DNA of 64,000 nucleotides from an uncultured Holophagales bacterium (GTDB lineage Bacteria; Acidobacteriota; Thermoanaerobaculia; Multivoradales; UBA5704): assembly GCA_963842525.1 (NCBI GenBank), contig CAWJGT010000003.1, positions 736,001 through 800,000 of the forward strand, written 5' to 3'. This document shows, one piece after another, positions 1-11,635 of this stretch; the stretch's first letter is position 1; each line of letters opens with the position of its first letter. Both the position numbers and the translations under genes were made by a program. The notes beneath the pieces are model-generated. The model worked only from the letters and a program-made list of their open reading frames with translations. It was not told the origin of the DNA and searched no databases.

Positions 1-330
1 GCAGTGCTGGCCTGGTTTCTAGCCGCTCTCGCCGCCCTGCACATGGCCACCACATTTCGGCTCACCTCGGCAAGCGCCTTCACCAAGGTCTGGTTCTTCG
101 GCGCTGGCGTCGCTATGGCTCAGACTGCCGCCCTCAACCTTCTTCATCGCGCGTACGGGCGAGCTGCTCTAGGTTGGGTTACGCGTGCGTCCAACGTCGT
201 CATGCTCGCGCTTGCAGCCGTTGGGGGGTTTGTCACTGGCGCCAGTGCCACTGAGCTCGTCGTCATGCTCAGTGCACTTGCAACTCTCCTCGTGTTGTCA
301 TTCGTCGACAGCGCGACCCGTTCCCGCTAA
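1..330 (+). CDS. Hydrophobic membrane protein, probably 5'-truncated by the window edge
   Basis: ORF 4..330 with 3-4 hydrophobic segments; frame open to the window start. Confidence 0.45.
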   Translation, partial: AVLAWFLAALAALHMATTFRLTSASAFTKVWFFGAGVAMAQTAALNLLHRAYGRAALGWVTRASNVVMLALAAVGGFVTGASATELVVMLSALATLLVLSFVDSATRSR

Positions 331-456
331 CCATCTACCCTCCGCATGGGCTTTGGCCCCAATAGGTGCCATGCGATTCTGGAGCCAGAACGATTCCGGT
401 CTAGAATAGGTGCCAGAGGATTCTTGGGGCACTTCTGCCGGCGCAGGAGCGGAGCC

Positions 457-975
457 ATGCTGTTCCACGTCAGCGAAGAATCCGGCATCGATCGGTTCGA
501 GCCGCGGCCGTCGCCCTACGCCGATGAGCCCGTCGTGCGGGCCGTCGACGCGGACCGCCTGCGCAACTACCTGCTCCCGCGGGAGTGTCCCCGCGTCACG
601 TACTACGCCGGGCCCGAGACCACCGCAACGGATGTGGAACGGTTCCTCGGATCCAGCCCGGCAGTCATCGCGGTCGAGAGCGCCTGGTTGGAACGCGTGC
701 GGTCCTGTCGGGTGTACGGCTATCACCTGCCGCCGGAGACCTTCGAGTGTATGGACGAATGCGCCGGCTACTTCGTCAGCCGACGGCCCGTTGTTCCAAC
801 GCGGGTTGAGGTCGTCGAGGACCTGGTGGCCGCGTTGCTGGGGCGCGGGGTTGAGCTGCGTTTCGTGCCGAACCTCTGGCCCCTCCGCGACGCAGTGGTC
901 TCCTCCACGCTGTGGTTCTCTCTGATCCGCATGCGGAACGCCCTACCGAGGCCGTCGCCGAACGGGGAGGCATAG
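457..975 (+). CDS. Conserved hypothetical protein (DUF6886-like)
   Basis: GGAG then ATG at 457; MLFHVSEESGIDRFEPRP...NYLLPRECPRV...AGYFVS...FSLIRMRNA pattern recalled from this family. Confidence 0.6.
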   Translation: MLFHVSEESGIDRFEPRPSPYADEPVVRAVDADRLRNYLLPRECPRVTYYAGPETTATDVERFLGSSPAVIAVESAWLERVRSCRVYGYHLPPETFECMDECAGYFVSRRPVVPTRVEVVEDLVAALLGRGVELRFVPNLWPLRDAVVSSTLWFSLIRMRNALPRPSPNGEA

Positions 976-1006
976 GCGGAACGCGGGCACGGCTATACTC
1001 CGCTCC

Positions 1007-2215
1007 ATGTCCATGCGCGGCGGCTGGATCAATGTGTTCGTGGCGGCTGTCGTCATGCTGGCGACGCTGCCGGGACGGACACAGGGTCTTGGGCTCATCA
1101 CCGAGCCGATGCTGCTCGAGCTACGGCTCGATCGGGTCGGCTACGCCAACATCAATCTATGGGCGACGCTGCTCGGCGCGATTGTCTGCCTGCCGATCGG
1201 GCGGCTGTTCGACCGCGCCGGCCTGCGCAGCGCAACGTTTGTGCTGACCCTCGCGCTCGGCGGGGTGGTCTGGACCATGAGCCGCCTCGCCGGTGGCACC
1301 GTCCTCCTGTTCCTGCTGGTGCTGGCGACCCGCGCGCTCGGACAGAGCGCTCTCTCCGTGGCCAGCATCACGGCCGTTGGCAAGTCGTTCGGCCGCCGCG
1401 TCGGCGTCGCGATGGGCGTCTACTCGGTGCTGCTCAGCGTGTTCTTCGCGGCGGCGTTCGTCGGCGTCGGCAACGCGGTCCGCGTCAGCGGCTGGCGGAG
1501 CGCCTGGGGTTTTGTCGCCTACGGGCTGCTGCTTTTCGCCGCGCCGATCGTGCTGCTGCTCCGCGAGGGGCCGGCACAGACAGCCGATGCCGACGAGCAG
1601 GACGGCAGCGCCGGTCTGTCGCTGAGGGCGGCGCTCCGCACGCCGGCATTCTGGGTGTTCGCTGGCGGGACGTCTCTCTTCGGCCTCGTCTCGTCGGGCC
1701 TGGGATTGTTCAACCAGGCGATTCTCGCGGAACGAGGCTTCGACCAGCCCACCTACGTCAGGTTCCTCGCGGTGACATCGATCATCGCGCTCGCGGGCCA
1801 GGGACTGTGCGGCTGGCTGACGCTGCGATGGTCGATGCGGCAACTGCTGGGCCTCGCGCTGTTCCTCTACGCCGCGGCGCTGGCGGTGTTGCCGCTCCTG
1901 ACGACGCTGTCGCAACTGTGGATTTTCGCCGCCCTGATCGGACTCTCGGGAGGGATGATCACCGTCCTGTTCTTCGCGGTCTGGCGGCAGGCGTTCGGCA
2001 CCGCGCACCTCGGCCGGATTCAGGGCGCCGCGCAGATGCTGACCGTTCTGGCGTCTGCGATCGGACCGCTGGTTTTCGCGCAGTGCCAGGCGATGGCCGG
2101 TTCGTACACTCCGGCTCTCTGGACGCTGACGCCGTGCGTGTTCCTCCTGGGCCTGGCGGCGTTTCGCGTGCCAATGCCGAGCCCGCTCCCCGTTCCCGCA
2201 TCTTCACCCGTTTGA
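1007..2215 (+). CDS. MFS transporter
   Basis: 402 aa, about 12 TM segments, motif A-like GRLFDRAGLR. Confidence 0.9.
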   Translation: MSMRGGWINVFVAAVVMLATLPGRTQGLGLITEPMLLELRLDRVGYANINLWATLLGAIVCLPIGRLFDRAGLRSATFVLTLALGGVVWTMSRLAGGTVLLFLLVLATRALGQSALSVASITAVGKSFGRRVGVAMGVYSVLLSVFFAAAFVGVGNAVRVSGWRSAWGFVAYGLLLFAAPIVLLLREGPAQTADADEQDGSAGLSLRAALRTPAFWVFAGGTSLFGLVSSGLGLFNQAILAERGFDQPTYVRFLAVTSIIALAGQGLCGWLTLRWSMRQLLGLALFLYAAALAVLPLLTTLSQLWIFAALIGLSGGMITVLFFAVWRQAFGTAHLGRIQGAAQMLTVLASAIGPLVFAQCQAMAGSYTPALWTLTPCVFLLGLAAFRVPMPSPLPVPASSPV

Positions 2216-2225
2216 GGAGGTCGTC

Positions 2226-2729
2226 ATGGCGACTGTTCGACGCACGCTCGGCATCGCTCTGGTCGTCGTCCTGGTGTTGGCAATCTTCGGTGGTGGCTGG
2301 CTGATCGGACGGCTCGGCATCGGGTCGGTCGTCGATCCTGCGTCGCTCACCGGTGTCGAGCGCCAGTTCGCGGAGCGCATGCGTGACGTGACGCTCGTCG
2401 GGTCCTTTACGGTCGACGGGCGGGAGGACCGCGCGCCGCGGCCGGACCGCTACAAGATCGCCAGCGTCGAGAAGGTCGGCGACGACCTGTGGCGGTTCAA
2501 CGCGGAGTGCTGCGGTGTGAACGGTGCCGTTCCGTTCGTCGTGCCGATGCGGTTCAACGGCGACACGCCGGTGATCATGATGACCGAGACGAGCCTGCCC
2601 GGTCTCGGCACGTTCACCGTGCGCGTCTTCTTCTACGGCGACCGCTACGCGGGCACCTGGCAGCACGACGAGGTCGGCGGCCACATGTGGGGCCGCATCG
2701 AGAAAACGGTGGCTCCTGCTGCTCCATAG
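2226..2729 (+). CDS. Membrane-anchored hypothetical protein
   Basis: GAGGAGG SD; N-terminal TM then beta-rich domain ending YAGTWQHDEVGGHMWGRIE. Confidence 0.7.
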   Translation: MATVRRTLGIALVVVLVLAIFGGGWLIGRLGIGSVVDPASLTGVERQFAERMRDVTLVGSFTVDGREDRAPRPDRYKIASVEKVGDDLWRFNAECCGVNGAVPFVVPMRFNGDTPVIMMTETSLPGLGTFTVRVFFYGDRYAGTWQHDEVGGHMWGRIEKTVAPAAP

Positions 2730-2796
2730 TCTTCTCGAGGTGCTAGAGTCCGCTCAATCCGCGGGGCTCACCCGCAAAGACTGAAAGGGGATCTCG

Positions 2797-3720
2797 ATGC
2801 GCAAGATCCATGTCTGGGCGACGTGCCTGCTGTGCGCGGCCTTGCCGCTCGGGGCACAGGAGCGGGACTTCTCGAAGGTGGAGGTCAAGGCGCAGCCGGT
2901 GTCCGGCAACATCCACATGCTCACGGGTGCCGGCGGCAACATCGGTGTGTCGGCGGGGAGCGACGGCATCCTGATCGTCGACGACCAGTTCGCGCCGCTG
3001 GCCGACAAGATCCGCGCCGCGCTCAAGGGCCTGGGCGACGGCAAGCTCAAGTTCGTCCTCAACACCCACTGGCACGGCGACCACACGGGCGGCAACGAGG
3101 CCTTCGGCCGCGAGGCGTCGATCATCGCCCACGACAACGTGCGCAAGCGGCTGGCGGCCGACCAGCAGGTCCGGGGCCAGAAGATCGCGGCCTCCCCGAA
3201 GGAGGCGCTGCCGGTGATCACCTTCGGCCAGTCCGTGTCGGTGCACTTCAACGGCGAGGAGATCCGGGTCATCCATTTCCCGCACGGCCACACCGACGGC
3301 GACAGCGTCATCTTCTTCACCAAGTCCAAAGTGGTGCACATGGGGGACGACTTCTTCGCCGGCGGCTTCCCCTTCGTCGATCTGGAGAGCGGCGGCAGCG
3401 TCCAGGGGCTGATCGCGAACATCGCGAAGGTCCTGGCGGAAATCCCCGCCGACACCAAGATCATCCCCGGCCACGGTCGGCTCTCGGCTCCGGCGGATCT
3501 CAAGGCCTATCACCGCATGCTGACCGAGACGACCCGGATCGTCGCGGACAAGACGAAGGCGGGCAAGAGCCTCGAAGCGATTCAGGCCGAAGGGCTGCCG
3601 GAGGAATGGAAGGAGTGGGGGAGCGGCTTCATCGACACGAAGAGTTGGATCGCGACGATCCACGCGAGCCTCTCCAAGGGCACGCACGATCACAACCCGG
3701 GGTCGGGAACACATCACTGA
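2797..3720 (+). CDS. Secreted MBL-fold metallo-hydrolase (cyclase-like)
   Basis: Signal peptide; [22 protein letters not shown] and IPGHG motifs. Confidence 0.9.
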   Translation: MRKIHVWATCLLCAALPLGAQERDFSKVEVKAQPVSGNIHMLTGAGGNIGVSAGSDGILIVDDQFAPLADKIRAALKGLGDGKLKFVLNTHWHGDHTGGNEAFGREASIIAHDNVRKRLAADQQVRGQKIAASPKEALPVITFGQSVSVHFNGEEIRVIHFPHGHTDGDSVIFFTKSKVVHMGDDFFAGGFPFVDLESGGSVQGLIANIAKVLAEIPADTKIIPGHGRLSAPADLKAYHRMLTETTRIVADKTKAGKSLEAIQAEGLPEEWKEWGSGFIDTKSWIATIHASLSKGTHDHNPGSGTHH

Positions 3721-4734
3721 GCGGATAACCGCTGGACTGCCTCCACGAAGGCCTGCGCGTTCTCGACCGGGGTCATGGGCAGGATGCCATGGCCCAGGTT
3801 GGCGATGTGGCCGCCGCCGCGGCCGTCCGCGATCAGGCGCTCGACCCGGCGCTCGATCTCCGGGATCGGGGCGAGCAGGGCCGCCGGATCGAAATTCCCC
3901 TGGAGCGTGCGGTTCCCCACGACTCGGCGCACCTCCTGGAGCGGCTGGCGCCAGTCGACCGACAGCACGTCCACCGGCAGCTCCTGCATCCCGGCCAGGA
4001 GATGGCCGCCGCCGTTGACGTAGTAGATCAGCGGTACCTGCCCGCGGAGCGCCTCGGCGATCTTGCGCAACGGCGGCAGGGCGAGGGCGCGCCAACGTTC
4101 GAGATCGAGCAGACCCCCCCAGGTGTCGAACAGCTGGATGGCCTGGGCGCCGGCGGCGATCTGGCCGCGCAGATAGGCGATCGACGTGTCTGCGATGCGG
4201 TCGAGGAGCAGCGCGAGCCCCTCCGGGTCGCCGTAGCTCCAGGCCAGGAGCTGGGCGAAGTGTTTGGAGCCGCCGCCCTCGATCAGATAGGCGGCGAGCG
4301 TCCAGGGAGTGCCGCCGAAGCCGATCACCGGCACTTGACCGTCGAGCTCCCGGCGCACCAGGCGCAGGGCATCGAAGACATAGCCCAGGCTCTCCTCGAC
4401 GTTCGGCACCCGGAGCCGTTCCACGTCCTGGCGGCTGCGCACCGGCTGCGGGAACGTCGGGCCATCCCCTGGCGTGAAGACGCAGCTCGGCCCCCATGGC
4501 CTCCAGCGGCAGCAGGATGTCGGCGAAGAGGATGGCGGCGTCGACGCCGAGGCGGCGCACCGGCTGGATCGTCACCTCGGCGGCCAGCTCGGGGGTCTTA
4601 CAGAGCGTCAGGAAGTCCGTCTTCGCGCGCACGGCGCGGTATTCGGGAAGATAGCGCCCCGCCTGGCGCATCATCCACACCGGCAGGCGCTCCGTGGCCT
4701 CGCCACGGCAGGCGCGCAGGAAGAGGTCGTTCAT
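3714..4734 (-). CDS. hemE: Uroporphyrinogen decarboxylase (frameshift near 4485, likely sequencing error)
   Basis: [15 protein letters not shown] and [10 protein letters not shown] in one frame; [34 protein letters not shown] in the next. Confidence 0.92.
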
Positions 4735-4775
4735 GGGCGCGGAGAATAACAGAGTCCTGAGTTACACTTGCGCCG

Positions 4776-6579
4776 ATGTTTCGACTCGTGGCGTACGCGC
4801 CGGATGGGGTCCGCCGCTTTCCCGTGCAGAAGAGCGAATCGCTGATCGGCAGCCAGGCCGATTGCGACATCGTCCTGCCCTACACGGGGGTGGCGCAGAA
4901 GCATGCCATCCTGCGCTTCGACGGCAGCGAGCTGCGGATCGAGGATCTGGGGAGCCGCAAGGGGATGCTGGTGAGCGGCCGCAAGGTCCGCGAGTCCGCT
5001 CTCGAGGTGCTGGACGAGGTCCGGCTGGGCGGCGTCACCCTGCTCGTCGAGGACGTCCTCCCGGAGCCGGAGAAGCCCGCGGCTTCGTCAGAGCCCTACC
5101 TGGCCGGCCCGCCGCGCAGCACGCCCGAGAGCCTGCTCGGGCACCTCGCGCGGATCAGCGAGTGGGTGCTCTCCGACACCGAGAGCCGCACCACCTCCGA
5201 GACCCTGGTTGACCGCGTCCTGACCGACTTCGGCGGCGGCGTCTTCCTGTTGCTCCAGGGCGAGCCCGACAAGGCCGGGGTCAAGCTAATCGTGAGCAGC
5301 GACCCTGCCCTGCTCGGCAGCGGCGAGGGCCTGCTGGACCAGCTCCTCTCCCACCGCGCGGCCACGGACCAGGCCTCCGCCAAACGCGGCGCCTTCGAGG
5401 GCGAGCTGGCCGGCGCACAAGCCTGGATCTGCCACCACACCTTCGGCGCCGTCGACCGCTCCTATACCCTGCTCGCGGCCCTGCCCGTCTTCCGTCCGGA
5501 CGACGCCTGGTCGCCCATCCCGTTTTTCCGCGCCCTCGGGCATCTGCTGGTGCTCGGGCTGGTCCATCACGTCGGATGGTACGAGCCGATCCTTCCGGGC
5601 CATCCCGGGCAGCAGGACCTGTCCCTCGACCCGGGGCTGCAGATCGGCCAGTCGCTGATCATGAAGCAGGTCATGGAGCAGCTCCGCGCCGCGGTGGACC
5701 CGGCCGTCCACGTCCTGCTGCGCGGCGAGCCCGGCGTCGGCAAGGAGATGTTTGCCCGCTCCCTCCACCTGTCGAGCGCGCGCCGCAACGGCCCTTTCAT
5801 CGTGGCGAGCTGCAGCGGCGCGCGGCCCCTCCAGATCGAGGCCGACCTGTTCGGCGCCGAGGTGGCCGGCAAGGGCGGGCCGGTGCGGCGCGAGGGCAAG
5901 CTCCTCCTCGCCCATGGCGGCACGCTGTTCCTCGACGAGGTGGACCAGCTCCCTCTCGAAGTCCAGGCGCGGCTCGTGCGCTTCCTGCGCTCCGGCGAGG
6001 TCGAGCCCACGGGGAGCAATGCATCGCACAAGGTCGAGGTCCGCCTGATCGCCGGCAGCCGCAGCGTCCTCGAATCGGTGGTCGCACAGGACCTCTTCCG
6101 CGCCGACCTCGCCTACCGGCTGTCGCAGCTCACCATCGAGATCCCGCCGCTGCGCGAGCGGCGCGAGGACCTGCCGCTCCTCATCCAGTCCTGCATCAAC
6201 CGGTTCTGCCACGAGACGGGCAAGCGGATGCTGGGGATCACGGTCAAGGCGATGACCGCGCTGCTCAACTACGACTATCCGGGCAACCTCGCGGAAGCTC
6301 GAGAACATCGCCCGCCAGCTCGTCTATCTCGCCCCGCCGGCCCGTCCGGTGGAGATCAACCTGCTGCCCGAGCGGGTGCGCAACGGCACGCCGCTCGCAT
6401 CCCGTGTCGACCCAGGCTCCGACCTCGACCTGAGCCGTCTCGTCGGCACCTGCGAGCAGTCGGCCATCCGCGAAGCCCTGCGCCGCACCCAGGGCAACAA
6501 ATCCCAGGCCGCCCGCGTCCTCGGCCTCTCCCGCAACGGCCTCGCCATCAAGATGGAGCGGTACGGGCTGAAAGGGTGA
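4776..6579 (+). CDS. FHA-domain NtrC/Fis-type AAA+ transcriptional regulator (frameshift near 6297)
   Basis: N-terminal FHA-like (IG..CDI..KHA..IEDLGSRKG), GEPGVGKE Walker A, FLDEV, PPLRERRED, YPGN; Fis HTH GNKSQAARVLGLSR in 6349..6579 frame. Confidence 0.85.
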
Positions 6580-6588
6580 GATGGACCC

Positions 6589-6774
6589 TCAGGGGCCTTC
6601 ACTGATCAGAGCGACTTGAGCCTCAGCGACCTCTGCCACCTCCAGGTCAGTGATCGCCGCAGCATCAAGATACTGTCGGATTGCTTCTTCCACGAGCTCA
6701 CTGATATCGCGGCTTTGGATTCCAGCAAGATAGCGTAATTCCTTCTCCATACGAGCTGTCAACTCAATCGTCAT
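6589..6774 (-). CDS. Ribbon-helix-helix (CopG-like) orphan antitoxin-like protein
   Basis: MTIELT...ISELVEEAIRQYLD RHH pattern; locally lower GC; no toxin adjacent. Confidence 0.55.
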   Translation of the reverse strand: MTIELTARMEKELRYLAGIQSRDISELVEEAIRQYLDAAAITDLEVAEVAEAQVALISEGP

Positions 6775-6828
6775 GCGAAGAGGCTAGGGCAGCGCGGGGA
6801 CGAAGGCAAGCCAAAGGCCCTGAGGAGC

Positions 6829-7914
6829 CTACAGCCCAATCTCCAACCAGTCCGCAATCGGCTCCGTCGAGCTGACCACGTGCATGCCGGCGGCGGCAAA
6901 GCGGTCGAGGGCCTCTTCGGCTTGTGGGGTGAAGTCGAAGAGGAATTCTCCCGGACGCTCCGGATCGGGGACCGCCACCGAAGACATGCAGTCGCGCAGG
7001 ACGTAGACCTTGCGGGCCAGCTTCTCGTTGCGCGTCAGGATCTCCCCCAGGAGGTCGTCGATCGTGCTTTTGACGCAGTGGCTCGATGCCTGGCCGGCGA
7101 TGATCACCGCGTCTGACTTGAGGAGGGTCTTAATAAAGCGCGCGTTGCGCTGGGCGAGCGGCCGGCCGTCGAAGCGGATCAGGACCTCCGGCGCCAGGAC
7201 CGAATAGTTTTCGGTCAGCGGGTGGTCACCCTTGCTCTCGATCCATCCCTTGGCGCCCCGCGCCCAGGTATGGAAGAGCCGTGCTTCGTGGATCACCCCC
7301 GCCAGCGGATGGCCGTCGCTCCCCAGGATGCAGTGCGGCGGCCAGAGATAGAGCTTGTACTTGCCTGCCTTCTCCAGCTCCTGGCAGTAGAACTCAACCT
7401 GCCGCTCCAGCCAGTCGCCGTCGCCGTCGCAGACCCACCAGGCAATGTCGGGGTTCGGCCACACCCGGCCGCTGCGGATCATGTCGACCGTGATCTCCTG
7501 GTGCGGCGCGAGAGGCTGGTCGTCCCCGCCCAGCCAGAAGGAGGGGAAGAAGATCTGGAACGGGAAATGGGTGTCCAGCGTACAGGTGACGTCGGTGACC
7601 AGCTCCAGGTTGCGATAGAGGAAGCGTGCGATGCGGTCGCTGTCGTCCATCGCCCCGGTGCCGCTCCGGCCGCCCACGTAGAGGGTGCCCTGGGGAAAGC
7701 AGAAGTCCTTCTGCAGGTCGATCAGCAGGAGCTGGATGCGCTTGCGGTCCTGGGACGACGGGCGGATGCCGTGCTCGCGCCGCCAGGCCTGGGCACTCAG
7801 GAAAAGCTGGTGCTGGTCCGGGGCATAGCTCCAGTCCCGGGCGCGCGCCGGATCGTAGAAGCCGGGGACGGGCAGCTCGCGCAGCTTGCGGTGGGCCTGG
7901 AGGATTGCGGTCAC
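6829..7914 (-). CDS. Nicotinamidase-like cysteine hydrolase (isochorismatase family)
   Basis: [28 protein letters not shown] motifs; overlaps the pncB stop. Confidence 0.8.
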   Translation of the reverse strand: MTAILQAHRKLRELPVPGFYDPARARDWSYAPDQHQLFLSAQAWRREHGIRPSSQDRKRIQLLLIDLQKDFCFPQGTLYVGGRSGTGAMDDSDRIARFLYRNLELVTDVTCTLDTHFPFQIFFPSFWLGGDDQPLAPHQEITVDMIRSGRVWPNPDIAWWVCDGDGDWLERQVEFYCQELEKAGKYKLYLWPPHCILGSDGHPLAGVIHEARLFHTWARGAKGWIESKGDHPLTENYSVLAPEVLIRFDGRPLAQRNARFIKTLLKSDAVIIAGQASSHCVKSTIDDLLGEILTRNEKLARKVYVLRDCMSSVAVPDPERPGEFLFDFTPQAEEALDRFAAAGMHVVSSTEPIADWLEIGL

Positions 7915-9413
7915 GGCGGGCTCCTTTCCTCAGCCCCCGGAGCATGCACGAGGCCGCGGGCCTCCAGGATCAGCCGGGTCTTCAGGTCGAACAGGCCGAG
8001 CTCGAGCCCGACCGGATAGAGGTGCGGGTTGACGAAGCGTTTGATCCCGGGGTGAAGGCTCTGGAGCTGCTCCTGCCCGCGCTGCCGCACCTCGGCGAGC
8101 GGCGGCGGATCGTAGACCCGCCGGCCGGCGCGGAAGACCGGCACCAGCAGGTCTTCCGACGGCATCCCCGCCGGGATCTCCTTGCGCCGGGTCAGGTCGC
8201 CGGGGTCGACGATCGTCGGGCTCGCGGGCGCTCCAAGCTCCTCGTCGAAGATCATGTCCGCCGCGAATTGGCCATGCGTGGAAAAGCGCCGGACCTGCTG
8301 GATCCCCGGCGTCGTGACCTTGACCGCCTGCTCGGACAGCTTGACCTTGTATTTCCATGGAGAGCCGGCGTCGCGCACCGCGGTCAGCTTGTAGACCCCG
8401 CCCAGGGCCGGATCGTCGTACGCGGTGGCCAGGCGGGTGCCCACACCCCAGACCGTGATCTTCGCTCCCTGGAGCTTGAGGCTCTCGGCCAGGTGCTCGT
8501 CGAGCTCGCTGCTCGCAACGATCTGTGCCTTGGGAAAGCCCCCCTCGTCGAGGATCTTCCGCGCCTCGATGCTCAGGTATGCGAGGTCGCCCGAGTCGAG
8601 GCGGATGCCCGTCATCTCGTGGCCGCGCTCGCGCAGCCGCCGGCCCACCTCGACGGCGTGGCGGACCCCCTGCAGACTGTCGTAGGTGTCGACCAGAAAA
8701 ATTGAATTATTGGGCATCGCCTCGGCCCAGGTCTCGAAGGCCTCCAGCTCGCTGTCGAACGAGAGCACCCAGCTATGGGCGTGAGTTCCCTTGACCGGAA
8801 TGCCGAAGAGCTTGCCGGCGAGGACGTTCGACGTCGCGGCGCACCCCCCGGCATAGGCGGCCCGGCTGGCGGAGATCCCGCCGTCGATCCCCTGCGCCCG
8901 GCGCAGCCCGAACTCCAGGACCGGCTCGCCCTGGGCCGCCAGGCAGACCCGCGCGGCCTTGGTCGCGATCAGGGTCTGGAAATTGATCACGTTGAGCAGC
9001 GCCGTCTCCAGGATCTGGCACTGGAGGATCGGGCCGCGCACCCGCACCAGCGGCTCATGGGGGAAAACCGCCGTTCCCTCCGGGATGGCGTCGACGTCGC
9101 AGGCGAGCTCCATCCGCCGCAGCATGTCCAGGAAAACCTTTTCGAAGAGCGGCGTGCCGTCGTCGGCCCGCAGGCCTGCGAGATAGGCGAGGTCGTCGTC
9201 CGCGAAGCGGAAACCCTCGATCAGCTCGATGGCCGGCGCCAGGCCGCAGGCGAGGGAGAAGCCGCTGCCGAACGGCGGTTTTCGGAAGTGGAGGTGAAAG
9301 ACCGCCTCCTTGTCCGCGGTCCCCGACTTCCAATAGGCATAGGCCATCGTGAGCTCATACAGGTCGGTCAGCAGCGCCAGCGACGGCCTGTAGATCTCGC
9401 TCAGGATGCCCAC
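7911..9413 (-). CDS. pncB: Nicotinate phosphoribosyltransferase
   Basis: [52 protein letters not shown]. Confidence 0.95.
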   Translation of the reverse strand: MGILSEIYRPSLALLTDLYELTMAYAYWKSGTADKEAVFHLHFRKPPFGSGFSLACGLAPAIELIEGFRFADDDLAYLAGLRADDGTPLFEKVFLDMLRRMELACDVDAIPEGTAVFPHEPLVRVRGPILQCQILETALLNVINFQTLIATKAARVCLAAQGEPVLEFGLRRAQGIDGGISASRAAYAGGCAATSNVLAGKLFGIPVKGTHAHSWVLSFDSELEAFETWAEAMPNNSIFLVDTYDSLQGVRHAVEVGRRLRERGHEMTGIRLDSGDLAYLSIEARKILDEGGFPKAQIVASSELDEHLAESLKLQGAKITVWGVGTRLATAYDDPALGGVYKLTAVRDAGSPWKYKVKLSEQAVKVTTPGIQQVRRFSTHGQFAADMIFDEELGAPASPTIVDPGDLTRRKEIPAGMPSEDLLVPVFRAGRRVYDPPPLAEVRQRGQEQLQSLHPGIKRFVNPHLYPVGLELGLFDLKTRLILEARGLVHAPGAEERSPP

Positions 9414-9427
9414 GCCGTGCTCCCTCG

Positions 9428-11569
9428 TTACTCGTTCACCGTGGCGACCACCAGCCGGATCAAGGCCTCGACGTCTCGCAGGTCAGACACCTCGACCGGC
9501 GAGTGCGAGCTGCGGCCCGGCCACGAGAAGGGGATCATCTCGGTCCCGTTCGGCAGGAAGGCCACGCCGTCGCTCGCGCCGCCGGTCATGCCGTACTGGA
9601 CCGGGATCCCTGCGCGCCCGGCGATCCCCAGGAAGCGGTCGATCAGCTCGCGCGGGAGCAGGGTGGCGTTGTCCATGGTGCGGAGAACGGCCCCCTTGCC
9701 CAGCGGCGCGTAGCCGAACTGGTGCGATTCGCGCGGCGTGTCTGAAGAGACGAAGGTGTCGACCGGATGGACCCGGTCCAGGTCCTTCAACCGGTCCGCG
9801 AGGTCCTGGGAGCCGTTGAGCCCGACCTCCTCCTCGACGACCCAGGCGAAGGTCACGCGCCGCTTCAGACGGGATGGATCGATCTGCCGCAGGGCGAGGA
9901 GGAGCGCCGTGCAGCCGTTCCTGTCGTCGAAGCCGCGCGCCAGGGCGCGGTGCCGGCCCATGCGGAACATCTGCTTGGGCATGGTGACCGTGCTCCCGGC
10001 GTGGATGCCGAGCCGCTCGACCTCCTCCTTGGAAACCGGGCCGAGCCAGACGGTCAAGGCACCTGACATCGCCCATTTTGTGGCCGTACGCCAGTCCTCG
10101 CGCGGCTCGAACACAGCGGGAACGGCGCCGCGATCGTTATCGCCGGGGTGGACCAGAGCAGCCTGCGCCTCCCAGGCGCCGCGGATGAGCCCGCCCCGGT
10201 TCTCGAGGCGAAGCCGGCCGTCCGGCAGAACCTCCGCCACCCGGAAGCCGACCTCGTCCATGTGGGCCACGAAGAGGATGTGCTCGTCCCCCTGCCCAAA
10301 GGTCACGGTGAGGTTGCCCTTGTCGTCGACCTCGGGCTTCGTCCAGGCGGGGAGATGGCGCCGGATCTCCTCGCGCACCGGCCCTTCGGCGCCGCTCACG
10401 CCATAGCGGGCGATGAGCGAGGAGAGCAGCTTGGCCGTCTCCGGATGCTCCTGATCCATCTCGAAGGCGGCCGGCGGGGGAGGGATCGGGGACGGCGTCC
10501 GGGACCGGGAGCTTCCGCCGGCAAAAGCGAGGATCGCGTCCGAGAGCCGCTGCACGTCGGCGGACGAGACGGTCTCGACCGGCGTGCCGGGGTAGCGGGC
10601 CGGCAGGCCGACCCAACCCAGGCGGGCCGCACCCCACGGCGGTGCCGCGCCGAAGCCGCCATCCGGCCGGACGTGTGGAGCCGTCCGCGTGCGGAGCGCC
10701 GCCGGGACCTCTCCCGCGCCGAGCGGGCCGGCGCCGGGCTCCGGCAGGCCCTCGAAGACGGGTCCGTCCTCGCCCTCCTTCCAGCCGAACGCCGGGCTCA
10801 CCCCGAGCACTTCGGCGAACGGTCCCTGCGTGCCCACCAGGTATCGCAATCCCGCGCCGTTGAGGAAGTCGCCTGCGGTCCACGCGAACACCACCGTCCC
10901 CGTGCCGGGCTTCGCGATGCGCGCCGCGGCGTCGACCTGGGCGATGCAGGCCGCCTTGAGAGCGGCGGACGGCCCGGCGAGGAGCCCGCCGGCGAGCCGG
11001 GACGGCCGGCGGATCAGGGCTACCGGATCGAGCAGGCGGATGCCCATCTCGCCTGCCTCGGCAGCCGACTCCGCCCCCACGTCGATCCAGATGTCGCGGG
11101 TCAGGAACGGCGGGCGCTCGACCGGCTCCGGTTCCTGCATCAGATGGACCGACCGGATCGTGACCCCGCCGGGCACCCATCCCCGGGACCCGCCGACCAT
11201 CACCACATTTCCCTCGTGCGACTGATCCCACAGCGCCCCCTGCAGCCCGCCGCCGGCCCGGAAGACGCGCACCCAGCCGTCAGGCTCGATGCCGGTGACT
11301 GCATACCCCGGCTCGCCGAGAGGGCACGCCACCAGCTTCCGCGGCTCCCCGGAGCCCACCGACAGGACCAGGTTGCCCGCCGCATCCTGCTTCACAGGCA
11401 GTCCCGGAAGCCGCTGGCGGACGAAGTCCCGCGCCGGCTCCTCGCGGCCGGCCACGGCGATGACGTTCAGGAATGCCTCGATTTCGTCGGCGAGGCCCGG
11501 GTTGTCCGCAGCCGCGGGCACGGCCCCGGCTGCGAGCAGGAAGAGGGGAAGAAGGGTTCGTAGGATCAC
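9428..11569 (-). CDS. Secreted M42/M20-family peptidase with two tandem peptidase domains
   Basis: Signal peptide; C-terminal domain has [25 protein letters not shown]; N-terminal copy has the same layout without those ligands. Confidence 0.85.
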   Translation of the reverse strand: MILRTLLPLFLLAAGAVPAAADNPGLADEIEAFLNVIAVAGREEPARDFVRQRLPGLPVKQDAAGNLVLSVGSGEPRKLVACPLGEPGYAVTGIEPDGWVRVFRAGGGLQGALWDQSHEGNVVMVGGSRGWVPGGVTIRSVHLMQEPEPVERPPFLTRDIWIDVGAESAAEAGEMGIRLLDPVALIRRPSRLAGGLLAGPSAALKAACIAQVDAAARIAKPGTGTVVFAWTAGDFLNGAGLRYLVGTQGPFAEVLGVSPAFGWKEGEDGPVFEGLPEPGAGPLGAGEVPAALRTRTAPHVRPDGGFGAAPPWGAARLGWVGLPARYPGTPVETVSSADVQRLSDAILAFAGGSSRSRTPSPIPPPPAAFEMDQEHPETAKLLSSLIARYGVSGAEGPVREEIRRHLPAWTKPEVDDKGNLTVTFGQGDEHILFVAHMDEVGFRVAEVLPDGRLRLENRGGLIRGAWEAQAALVHPGDNDRGAVPAVFEPREDWRTATKWAMSGALTVWLGPVSKEEVERLGIHAGSTVTMPKQMFRMGRHRALARGFDDRNGCTALLLALRQIDPSRLKRRVTFAWVVEEEVGLNGSQDLADRLKDLDRVHPVDTFVSSDTPRESHQFGYAPLGKGAVLRTMDNATLLPRELIDRFLGIAGRAGIPVQYGMTGGASDGVAFLPNGTEMIPFSWPGRSSHSPVEVSDLRDVEALIRLVVATVNE

Positions 11570-11635
11570 GGGCGAAGTCTATACCGCGGTCCGCTACCGG
11601 GTTCGGTGCTACGATTCCGGATACGGAGAAATGTA

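Noticed and set aside
6829-9413. pncA-like + pncB (with the Sir2 at 49909) as an NAD-based anti-phage system
   Set aside because: An ordinary NAD salvage pair; the sirtuin is a zinc-containing CobB-type deacylase 40 kb away, not a defence SIR2.
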